Part shown: positions 26,683 to 37,348 of the stretch, piece by piece | Position numbering within the stretch: position 1 is the stretch's first letter | Layout: the number at the start of each line of letters is the position of its first letter | Assembly: GCA_973895155.1 (NCBI GenBank) | Contig: OZ316892.1 | Coordinates: forward strand, 22,669,168 to 22,733,167 | Source of the DNA: Marsupella aquatica | Taxonomy: Eukaryota > Plantae > Marchantiophyta | Reading direction: 5' to 3' | DNA: 64,000 bases | Made by a program: the position numbers and the translations under genes | The notes under the pieces: generated by a model | The model's input: the letters and a program-made list of their open reading frames with translations, nothing else | Told to the model about the DNA's origin: nothing | Databases searched by the model: none

Positions 26683-27024
26683 TGTTGAGTATAGATGACA
26701 TTCGCAACGGCAAGTCCATGAACCATCCAATGCACAATAGTCGACACATAAAAATACGTGGTTCACCTCCACATGAGGCTACGTCCACGGGAACACACAA
26801 GAGCTTTACTGCACTCTAGCCACCGGCCATACCAAGCATCCACAGCACAAGCTCTCTCTATCTCTCAACTAGCTCCTTAACAATGAGCCTAAGTTCCACC
26901 AGGGTCTGGCATCAGCCCTGGCTTTATGCACAATAGCACTAGCGCTAACATTAGCTAAGTCCTAACCCGAGTTAGACTAACTGTGGTTAGCTCATGAGTC
27001 ACAAGACTAGAGCAATATCTAACA
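26683..27024 (-). repeat. 3' LTR (342 bp)
   Basis: TGTTGAG...ATCTAACA; about 14 substitutions and 2 single-base indels versus 29323-29666 (counted by eye). Confidence 0.95.
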
Positions 27025-27219
27025 AACTCCCCCTTGACTCTTGTCTTGGGGACTGGACTAAATGCTACCATATAGAATCCTCAGCGGGAAGTTCTAGACA
27101 ATCATCAAACCAGGTCTCCCCCTAAAAACCACAAGGGTTAACTAGAACTAAGCCGTAGCCTAACAGGAATGAGTAATCCATATACAAATAGTCACACATT
27201 GTTAAATACTCTACTTGCA

Positions 27220-28660
27220 CTACAACTGCAAAACCTGCAAAGTAACACGGTGTCTTGAGAAACTTTCCAAAGGAATCACTTTGGTAAAAACATCAACGGG
27301 ATTAAGCTTTCCATCAATCTTGACTAGCTCAAAAGTTTTATCAGACACTGCTTGCCTGATAAAATGGTACCTGATATCAATGTGCTTCACCCTGCTATTC
27401 ATCACCTGGTTAGCAGCCAAGTGAAGAGCACTTTGACTATCACAGTTTAGAGTCATTTTTCCATGCTCTAAACCCATCTCCGCGATCAACTTATCCAACC
27501 AAATTGTTTCCTTTGCAGCTTCTGCTGCTGCAACATACTATGTTTCTGTAGTAGACTGAGAAATGCACTTTTGCAAGGTAGATTTCCAACTGATACATCC
27601 TCCTCCAAGAGTGTATACAAACCCAGTTGTAGACCTCCTTGTATCCAGACAGCCTCCATAGTCAGAATCTACATAGCCAACTAACGTTCTATCTGATCTA
27701 GCATCAAATAGTAATCCATAGTCCTATGTTCCCTTCACATACTTGAGAATCCATTTCACAGCTTCCCAATGTACCTTCCTTGGATTTGACATGAATCTAC
27801 TAACCTTGCCCACCGATAGGGCCAAGTCAGGCCTAGTACAAGTCACCAAATACATCAGACTGCCTACTGCCTTCTCATAAGGAATCTTAGCCATCAGACC
27901 TTTCTCCACAGCATCCGTAGGAGAGAAAACCGATGATAACTTGAAATATGAAGCTAAAGGAATACTCACTAGCTTGCAGTTCTTCATGTTGAATCGTGCA
28001 AATATTTTCCTTGCATACTGGCTTTGACTCAAACACAATTGTCCAGTATCAGAGTTCCTAAAAATCTCCATCCCTAAGATCCTCTTGGCCTTACCAAGAT
28101 CCTTCATCCTGAATTCAACACTCAATTTTTCCTTGAGACTGTCAACCTCAGATTGATCTTTAGCCACAATCAACATGTCATCCACATAGATAACCAGAAT
28201 GATGAAACCAAATACATCATTCTTGACTGATTTTGTATACACACAAGGATCATACACCATCCTTGTAAAACCTTGAGCAAGCATGAAATCATCAAACCGT
28301 TTGTTCCATTGTGTGGGAGATTGCTTCAATCCATACAAAGACTTAAGTAATCTGCAAACTAAGTTCTCTTGGCCCTTCTTCATAAAGCCTAGTGGTTGTC
28401 TCATGAAGATCAACTCTTCCAAGTTGCCATAGAGAAAAGCAGTAACAACATCCATCTGATCCATCTGATCCATCACCAGACCAAAAAACACAACAAGCTG
28501 ACACAAGATCCGAATTGTGGAATACTTAGCCACCGGTGAAAAGACCTCATTGTAGTCCATTCCTTTCTCCTGAGTGAACCCCTTGGCAACAAGCCTTGCC
28601 TTGTAGATCTTGTCTCCCCCTTCTAAAAGACTCTCCTTCAACTTGTAAATCCACTTGCTG
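27220..28660 (-). pseudogene. copia pol remnant: reverse transcriptase + RNase H
   Basis: KWIYKLK..YKARLVAKGFTQ, QMDVVTAFLYG, LLKSLYGLKQS, YVDDMLI, TRPDL, then GYVDSDYGGCLDTRRSTTG and CDSQSAL..KHIDIRYHF; premature stops at 27724 and ~27538; 9-bp duplication giving DQMDQMD. Confidence 0.95.
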
Positions 28661-29322
28661 TGATTACACGAGTGAAAGTGACCGCCACCGACGGGAAAAC
28701 TTGCCGAATTGCATCGGCACAGTTTGCAACTCCAACACTGTAAAGACTTCCGCCGCGTCGCCTTCACTCTACGTCAAGTGCCAATCCCGGGCTCAAAATG
28801 ACCGTTTCGCCGCAATCAATCCGTTGAGCCGTGGCACTTCGCGTCTATTCCACCGAGTCAGACGTCACGAAGAGAAACCCGGTTCAGATGAGAACAAGCT
28901 CCATGGCTTGTGAAAAAACCTGAACGCCTCCTCCACTCGTCATGACGCACTCGGTAACAACTCGGCAGTAATCCAGCTACCGAAATGACCAGCTCGCTTC
29001 AATCTTCAACTTGAGCAATAATGTGCGATCCCTCCTGCACCGCACTGCTCACAACGTTGAAAAATGCGATCTCTGGTCTCTTCCCCGAAATACCGTCGAA
29101 CACGAATAAAACCTGAACGATGCAAACTTTGATTCCTCCGCACCACGGATACCGATCAGCGAGTTCTAACCACCGTTAGAAAGCCCTCTCACTAACCTAT
29201 CCGCTCAGCCACACACATTCGAGTTTCATGCGACAAAACTCTGAATGTACCATCGACAATGAACGTTGGAAAACCCGTCACGAAAAAACCTCGTTACCTC
29301 CCAGGCATGCTCTGATACCACT

Positions 29323-29666
29323 TGTTGAGCATAGACGACATTGGCAACGGCAAGCCCATGAACCATCCAACGCACAATAGTCGACACACAGAGATACGTG
29401 GTTCACCTCCACATGAGGCTACGTCCACGGGAACACACAAGAGCTTTACTGCACTCTAGGCCGACCGGCCATACCAAGCATCCACAGCACAAGCTCTCTC
29501 TATCTCTCAATTAGCTCCATAACAATGAGCCTAAGTTCCACCAGGGTATGGCATCAGCCCTGGCTTTATGCACAACAACACTAGCGCTAACATTAGTTAA
29601 GTCCTAACCCGAGTTAGACTAACTGTGGTTAGCTCATGAGTCACAAGACTAGAGCAATATCTAACA
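29323..29666 (-). repeat. 5' LTR (344 bp)
   Basis: TGTTGAG...ATCTAACA, adjacent to the PBS. Confidence 0.95.
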
Positions 29667-31696
29667 TAGGAAACCAGCAACCACGATTCCATGGACTCCA
29701 TTGTGCTCTACGTTGTGGGCTTTTATTTATGCACTTCTTCATATGTGTGTATCTATATCTAGTAAGTTTGTAAGAAATTGGTTGTGCATTTCCCTGTTGT
29801 CTTGTCAGCTCACACACATACTCCTCAGACCTCAAGCCCTCATATTGCACTATTCAACTGGATATGTGTATGAACCTAGTTGTGTAGTGTAGTTGTTTAC
29901 TGTTCTTATCAATAAAAACTTCTTATGTAGGTACTGCAGCAATTGATAAGTGCATGTGTTCACTTATAAACAGAAATACATTTATATATTGTCGTTTAGT
30001 GCACTTACATACTCTGCACTTAGAAACTGTTCAGTGTATTAGAGATCTCCTCTTGTGTTCTAATTCATCCACCAAAGCCCCAATTAATCAGATGGAGAGT
30101 AAATTTGCCCATTGTCTTCCCTCATTGGTATGGGTATCCATAATAATTGAGACTTTGGCAACATCCCAATAATGGACCCCATTCTTAGCAAGAGGGTTCT
30201 CAAAACCATCCCACTATTCAGACCTCCATTCTCATCTATGGCAGAGAAGAAACACTCAGATCCCATTTTTGTAATACAAAGAGACACAAAAGGTGATTCA
30301 AGGAATAGGGGGTCAAATTCGGGGCTTTCCAGTGGGGTTGTGAATTGTCAATGCCTTCACATAAACCTCTAGTTTTATTGCTTGGGAGCAGCAGCCACCA
30401 AACCGATGGAGATGCTCTAAAGGGAAAATGTAATTCCAGCCCATTAGAGGTCAGCTTCCAATTCAGAGCTGTTACTCTTCTCCCTGTTGCAAACCTTTCA
30501 CTAATTTCGCTCGTTATCCTCCTCCCTGACGACTCATACAGCAATCCTTCTCTCGTCTCCATGTTCGAGTCTTGCTATTAAAGAAGCCTGACGGATGGAA
30601 TGGTGGAGGAGTGGAGAAGATCTTTGAGAAGGATCAGGATGGAAAATGTGGGCAACAATAGCAGACAACCCGTTCTTCAGTAATGAAAGCTCCACTGTAC
30701 CGTCAGGATTTCAATTCTGTGCTTTGAAGATTTTCATGACTGTCATGCGCAAGAAAGATGTCATCACTCCTACACTTCATCCATTCTGCATCTCTGCTAC
30801 TCCACTACAGTACTTCGTGGACCGAGGTCGATGACGAGATGGACCAAGATACACACAGTACAGGATATTGAATGAATCAATGGATCCGAAGAATGAATAT
30901 CTGCCACCCCTACATTACACTAGCAGTAGCCGTAGCAGTAGTCCTGGTCCTCATGCCCCTGCTGCTGTTGCTACTGCTCTAGTGCTGTACACTGTAGTAG
31001 TCGTAGCATTACTGTTCCTTCTTGTAGTATGTTGGAGTTTGGAAGATTGCTCGCTCTAACGTGCAACGTCCCGATTGATTGAGGCGGACAGCTCGCCAGC
31101 CATCTCACTGAATGGTTGGGCATGATGGGTCCTACGCAGAGCATTTGAGAGGATCCGATCTGATTTACTTTGCTTCTATATAACTTAATCAATTAAAGAA
31201 GCGAGAGGAAGACCACGGGCTGAGTGAGTGAGTGATGGGCTGGCTGGCTGGCTGGCTGGCTGGCTCACCGGCTGGATCTGATGAGCTATGAGTACCGTCA
31301 TTCGTGCATGCCAGTCAGTGAGGGAGTGAGGCGAAGTAGCGAACGAGTCAAGCAAGCGTGCATGCGCAGCAGCAGCTCTGCCATGCATGGAGACGGCCAA
31401 AAGCAAAGGCAGGCAACGAAGCATGAACGGGCCTACTGTTGTTGCTGTTGTAGGCAGCACCACAACAACAGCAACAACAACGGCACCACCGGTACGTTAG
31501 GTCTCGTCTCGCTTGGCCTTATCAGCCCTGCTGCCCTGCAGATGCTCATGAGCTTTCATTGCAGTCCATTGCTGCACTCAATTTCAATCCTGCTTTGTTC
31601 CGAAACGTAGCGACAAGATGAGCGAGAGTCCACGCACTACTGCTGTACCGTCTGATCTGTGTACGTTCCCTGCCAATCCGCCCGAATCGAAATGAT

Positions 31697-31875
31697 TTGA
31701 TTTCGATTTCGAGGATATCATGCCTTACGTCGGTCTTCACTACCTTCTTCAACCACGACTATTCTCCTGATGAGAAGAAAGTGCTGATTTCGATTTCGAT
31801 GATTACGTAGTTCTTTGCTAACTGCTTCGACCACGACTATTGTCCCCGCTATTGTCCTGGTGAGAAGAAAAGTTG
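31697..31875. repeat. ~88-bp tandem duplication rich in GATTTC
   Basis: GATTTCGATTTCGA..TTACGT..CTTC(A/G)ACCACGACTATT..TGAGAAGAAA occurs twice. Confidence 0.7.
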
Positions 31876-32734
31876 TCGCTCTTTATTAAATGGAATTCAC
31901 TGAAATCTTCTTTGAGGCAAAAAGGAAAAATGTTGTTGCGATCCATGTGTACACGTCTCGTGATGCGGTACCTTGTTAGGAAATTGTAATGTCTCTACTC
32001 TAAAGTAGTCTTTTCGATCACTGGAGTGCTCATTTCGCTCATTTCGCTCATTTCGCAAGAAAGGCAAATTCCACAAAATATGTATCAAATGTCACTTCTG
32101 AAATAGAAAATAGTGAAGTTTGGACAAGCTCGAGATAAGTAAAGCGTTTCTTGCAAGAGAGTATGAATATTTATCATCGAAGCCATGGTCTCCTTATGAA
32201 GCTTGAACTGTGCACTTCACTAAATTTTGTGAAGTTTGAAATACAACTAATGGGATTTGGAAAAGAATGAGAATATCTATCTTGGAACACCATGGTCAAC
32301 TAATGAAACTCAAATTATGAACCTCACTTGGTGCGCACAATGAAGACTGCTACCGCTGGCTCTGCTTGCTACAATGGCTAATGTAGAGAAAACTCAACTC
32401 TCGAGCACCAAAGGTAGCATTTGGATAGCAATTGGAAATGTGAAGACATATTCTTTTCATGTCTTGTCTTTGCAGTAATGGGCAACATAGAACGGTCAAT
32501 GAGTTTCACAGGAATGTGCATCCAAAATCTCCTCTAAACCACCAGACATCAAATGCTCATTTATGTTCTTCCAAATATGTTCGTACTTGTTCAATAGTGG
32601 CCTTAGCATTTTCCAAGTCATCATTTCATTCTAAAAATGTAAGCCCCTTGGACTTTGTAGAGACTTTACAAAATGCCCGGATGAAACCAAGAAAACCTAG
32701 CTGAACCTCACTAAAAACTTTCTCCTACTCAGAT

Positions 32735-34409
32735 GGTACTTGGAAGTGTGGGGTTTGGTCTCGTCTCCCCCTCCCCCACTCTTTTACCCCACCTCTTGGT
32801 ATACCCATTTGGCTCGAGGGCATTAGAGTCCTTGGGGTGCCTTTCGGGGGTGCGGTCTTTGCGCAAGATTTTCTCCTAGCGGCCCTGTCCCAGGACGTTT
32901 TGCATATTGACCAGTTGGCGTCCTTGGGGGATGCCCAGATCTCTTTTTTGATCCTGGTCCTATGTTTTGTTCGGCGTCCTTCCTATCATCTCCGGACAGT
33001 CCCTCCTACCGCGATGTTCCTGTCCTTACTCTCTTCATTTGACACCACTATGATGAGAGTCTTTGGTCACCTCATTGGTCCGGGAGCCCTTGATGGAGAG
33101 GATGGTTCTTTTGCGGCTAGGCAGGCTGCGTTCCCCCATCGGGAGGTGGTATGGGGGTGGCCTCGGCAGTGGACACTGCCCCTTGCGCGTTTCTTGGTAG
33201 TTGGGCGCAGGTGGCCCCTGCCTTGGCCTCACGTTTCATTGTGGACCTTCAGCCTATCCTCTCTGACTCGGTCATGGGAGTGGAGAACGGAGCTCTCCCT
33301 TTTCAGGTCCAGTTTCGTCATGCACGGTCATTATTGCCAGAGGACGTGCAGAGCGTGGTCCCTGCTTTCGAGGGAGTTGTTTTGGACAGCCCGGATCGAG
33401 TCCAACAGGTGATTTCTGATCGCATGCACCGACACACCCTTTCCAACATGCTTTCTGAGGCACCCTCAGATTTGGTACGGGCACGTCTTTTATCCGGTTC
33501 GGGCGCTGGTTCGGGGGCTTGGCTATCGGCGAGTCCTCTTTGGGCCCCCTTTCGTATGAGTTCTTTTATTTTTACCACATCCACGCACCTTCGGTTGGGT
33601 CTTCCTCACCCTTGCCTCTTGGGTCAGCCCACTTGCGTCTGTGGAGCGCCCCTTGATGGGCAAGGCATTCTCATTCTCAGGTGCGGTCATGGTAGTGAGA
33701 GGACTGCGACACACGACAACATTCGGGACGTGGTGGCGGCCATTGCCCGTGATTCTGTTTACCATGTCATGATGGAGCAGAGACATGTGTTACCTCCACG
33801 GGATGGGGTTTCTGATCGTCGTCGAGCAAATTTGGTATTCTCTCGCGCTGGTGTTCGTGCCCTTGGGGATGTCGTTGTTGCTGATCCGACTAGTGGGGCC
33901 AACATGGCTTCGGCGGCTCATGTACCAGGCCATGCCGCCGGGAGGGCAGCTCGGCTGAAGGAGGAGGCCTATGTTGTGCGGTACCCCGGGGACCTCTTCT
34001 ATCCGTTTGCCGTGGAGGTCTTTGGGGCGCTACACCCAACCTTTGACCGTTTTCTTCGCTCTTGCGCAGTTCAGTACGTCGAGCGGAGGCCCTATCCCCC
34101 TGTGTCTGTCATCACCGCATTCTTTAGACAGAGGGTGTCTGTTGCACTTCAGCGGGCACAGGCGTTCACTATTTTTCGTAGGGGGGAGGCTGTTGGTCTT
34201 AGGGCCGCTAGTAGGATTCCTTTGCTGGGACCCCCCATGCAGTTCACACCGGAGCTTTACCAGGCTCTCCAGTTTGCTGATAGGTAGGCGTTTGGGTTCC
34301 TGTCTTTGGGTTTGCTTTTCTTGCACCCGTGGTGGTCTCCCCCCTTGATTGGGTCTTTTGCCTGAGGGATCATGTCTCCCGGTTCGGCGCCCTCTATTTT
34401 TTGGCAGTT

Positions 34410-34411
<2 letters not shown>
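32735..34411 (+). mobile_element. 5'-truncated non-LTR retrotransposon with C-terminal zinc finger and restriction-like endonuclease (CRE/R2-type)
   Basis: End of RT/thumb (KCGVW..GIRVLGVPFG..RPSYHLRT..P.S.GGMG, frameshift at ~33135), then AWL, LRLGLP, CVCG..ILRC..RTATHDNIRD, RRANLV..GDVVVADP, KE..Y, PFAVEVFG, VSVALQR; stop at 34287; ~125-bp 3' UTR; then (TA)n. 5' boundary approximate. Confidence 0.85.

Positions 34412-34458
<47 letters not shown>
34412..34458. repeat. (AT)~23 microsatellite abutting the 3' end of the RLE retroelement
   Basis: Perfect dinucleotide run. Confidence 0.98.
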
Positions 34459-34463
<5 letters not shown>

Positions 34464-34974
34464 ATTTTTTTCCTTTCTCATAGTCCTCTCCCAAGATTAA
34501 AAATTGCCCCCCCCCCCCTCTAACTTTCCTTTCTCATCGTTTTTTCACAAGATTATAATAAATCATTTCAGCCAAGAATCACTTGCCTTTCTCATCGTCC
34601 TTTCACAACATCATTCAAAAATCAGTGAATCTCTCATCCGAGAATTTGTCATTGTCCTTTCCGAATGTGAAAAATAAAATTCCGTGTATTTGCGGCAAAA
34701 CAAATACGCCAAATAAAGGAAATAGACCCCATTATGCGGACCCACCGCATGATGATACTCGAATCTTCCCGTCCTTCGCTGGATTTTATTCGGCTCTGGG
34801 GATTGGATCTCGATTTACTTAGATTGCGTTGGACCGGACCGGACCGGGCACTGACCGCCTGTCCGTGTCGCTGCCGTCCGGGCAGCTCAGATCCCGGCAT
34901 CTTGTCGGGCGGGCAGCCCTCGGTGCAAAATTCGTACCAAGCAGTACGTTTTCTGTACCTTCTCGCACCTCTTT

Positions 34975-35440
34975 CTTTATTTTCTTTCCTTTGGTTCTTA
35001 TCTTCCTTCGGGTCCGAGCCAACAAATTTTTGGGTAGTGGGCGAATGTCACTTTCTTTGGGTTCGACGCAACAAAATTTTGGGTAGTGGGTGAATGTCAC
35101 GTTCTTTAATTTCGTTCTCATCTTTCTTTGGGGTTGAGGCAACAAATTTCTAATTAAGGTCACTACGGAACTTCATTTTCTTTTATTTCATTTATCTTTC
35201 TTTGGGTCTGAGACAACAAATTTTTGGGTAGTGGGCGAATGTCACTTTCTTTTATTTCGTTCTTATCTTTCTTTGGGTCTGAGGCAACAAATTGTTAGTT
35301 AGGTCACTGCGGAACTTCACTTTCTTTTCTTTCGTTCTTACCGTTCTTTGGGTCTGTGAGACCAAACAAGAAATGTGTCGAATGCCACATTCTTTTGTTT
35401 TGTTCTTGTCTTTCTGTAAGACACAGGCAACAATTTTTTT
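34975..35440. repeat. T-rich tandem array, ~60-bp unit, about 7 degenerate copies
   Basis: TTCGTTCTTATCTTTCTTTGGGTCTGAGGCAACAAATTTTTGGGTAGTGGGCGAATGTCAC recurring with two alternating variants. Confidence 0.85.
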
Positions 35441-36353
35441 AAGGCCCTGTGAGGTGCATGTCATTTTGTTGGGAATGCAATATGTTAGTATTTGTTACTT
35501 ATCTAATTTTCCTAGATTGCTTTCTGGCTGTTCGACCTCTTGAGATTTAAGGCAGACAATCAGACTCTGACTGATGGGGCTTGTTGTTAGGTGGAAAACT
35601 GGTGAATGGAACACAAAACCCTAGCTAATTTTAGCCACGAGTGGAGAAGACTTCTAAGAGAGGTGGAATCTTGCATATTAAGGTCAGAGACTGAGACAAA
35701 CATCAGTTTAGATCACAGGATGGACTCCCAGAGAGGGTTACAGCACTCCCACAGGTCCGCTATCAGGACTGCAGTCGAAGCTGACTGAAGTCACTTGTGA
35801 CTGAGCTGTTTGGTGATATGTAGTTTTCAGGACCTACTGTCTGATAGGAACAGGCCTTTGTAGTTGCAAATATTTGTAGGGTAAATAATAGCCCCTAAAA
35901 ATATTACAGGACCTTGAGGGTTAGAGAGCTCCCACCGGTCACTATCGTGCCCGGACCAGAGCAACTGAAACAGGACAAGCCCAGGATCCCCATTTTTTTA
36001 GCCCCACTGATTGCCCTGGTTGCGTACCCTGATGGCCTTGGCTGGCAAAAGCTAGCAGGAAGAAGCACGGTAAGCCAATTAAATCAGCATTTAGCCCTCC
36101 CACTTTTGATCAAAACCTTTGCGCCAAAGCATTGGCAAGTGCATTGCTATACACATTTGGTGAGTGTGCAAGGTGGGATGGGTGGAGAAACCTAAGTCCC
36201 CTTCAAGAATCCAGATGCCCAGCGCAAAACACTTTGGTTCCCACAAGTGTGATTAGAGACCTTAAAGGCTAATTAAACCGACTTTCCAAATTCCAGGTTA
36301 AATCTCTATCTGTGGATAAAGATTTAGTAATAACTTCTTTAGTATCATGACCA

Positions 36354-36810
36354 TCAATAGGGGTCTCAAACCTAAAAAATGTGAGCAATACTAAAAGGGT
36401 CTCAAACCTCAAAAATGTGAACAATACGAATAGGGGTCTGGAACCCAAAAAAATGTGAATAGTACCAATAGGGGTCTCAAACCTTAAAAATGTGATCAAC
36501 ACCAATAGGGTCTCAAACCTAAAAATTGTGAGCGATACTGATAGGGGTCTGGAACCTCAAAAACGTGAAGAGTACCAATAGGGGTCTGGACCCTCAAAGA
36601 TGTGAACTGTATTAATAGGGGTCTCCACCCTCAAAAATATGACTGAGACCATAGTCAAAGACATTAATGTGGGGGCATAAATCATATTAGAGGCGTGACA
36701 AAATCAGCATGAACAATGCCAATATGGGTTCTCCAACCTCAAAATTTTATGGACCTTAACTGCATGAATAAGGCCAATAGGGGTTAGCAAACCTCAAAAT
36801 TTAATGAACC
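36354..36810. repeat. 37-38-bp tandem array (8 regular plus 2 degenerate copies)
   Basis: CAATAGGGGTCTCAAACCTAAAAAATGTGAGCAATAC unit repeated over 36354-36640, with looser copies to ~36810. Confidence 0.9.
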
Positions 36811-37190
36811 TTAGAAGGGGTCCTTCTCTACCACACTAATTATGCTCGATTAACAATAGTTTGTTTCCTGTAAAACCTCATGTTCTATCCCATAAATAAG
36901 CAGTTGGGGGTCTCTAAGCCAGTGTGGCCGGGGAGACCAGTTCGTTGTGGTACTGTACCTCTTCCTTGGGTACAGCCGTTGGGAGTATTTTTATTCCCTG
37001 TTATGATTTTGGAAGCAATAATGTATTTGTAAATTCAGTATGGGATGTTATGCTGATGCTCCTGTGGTCCCAAAAACATACTCATGACTACCTTGTATTT
37101 GGTTCATCATTCTTTATGTAATTGAGTATATACTCATCCTTTCCTTGTGGGTTCCATCGTGATTAAAGTGAGTGGGGTGGCAAAGTTGTT

Positions 37191-37348
37191 GAGGTATATG
37201 TTTGATGGAACCCCTAATTGAGAAAGTTTAATTGACCCCACGAAAGTTTTGTTATATATTAGACATTGAATTTATGTCTATCAATTGTTCACTCAAAGGG
37301 TCCACCAAATAACACTTTTAATTTGGGGGTCCATCAAGTAAATGTCTC
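37191..37348. mobile_element. MITE family A copy, 10-bp TSD
   Basis: GAGGTATATGTTTGATGGAACCCC ... GGGGTCCATCAAGTAAATGTCTC; TSD CAAAGTTGTT (37181-37190) / CAAAGTTGTG (37349-37358). Confidence 0.8.

Larger units (their letters stand above)
26683..29666 (-). mobile_element. Ty1/copia LTR retrotransposon, internally deleted (no gag, protease or integrase)
   Basis: Direct LTRs TG...CA at 26683-27024 and 29323-29666; PBS TGGTATCAGAGC (tRNA-iMet; plus strand 29309-29320); PPT AAGGGGGAG next to 27025; TSD TAAGA/TAGGA (4 of 5 match); RT and RNase H remnants inside. Confidence 0.96.

Noticed and set aside
30060-30834. Short ORFs as a transposase remnant
   Set aside because: No recognisable motif in any frame examined.
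36354-36640. CRISPR-like regular repeats
   Set aside because: Units are contiguous with no unique spacers, there are no cas genes, and the context is eukaryotic.
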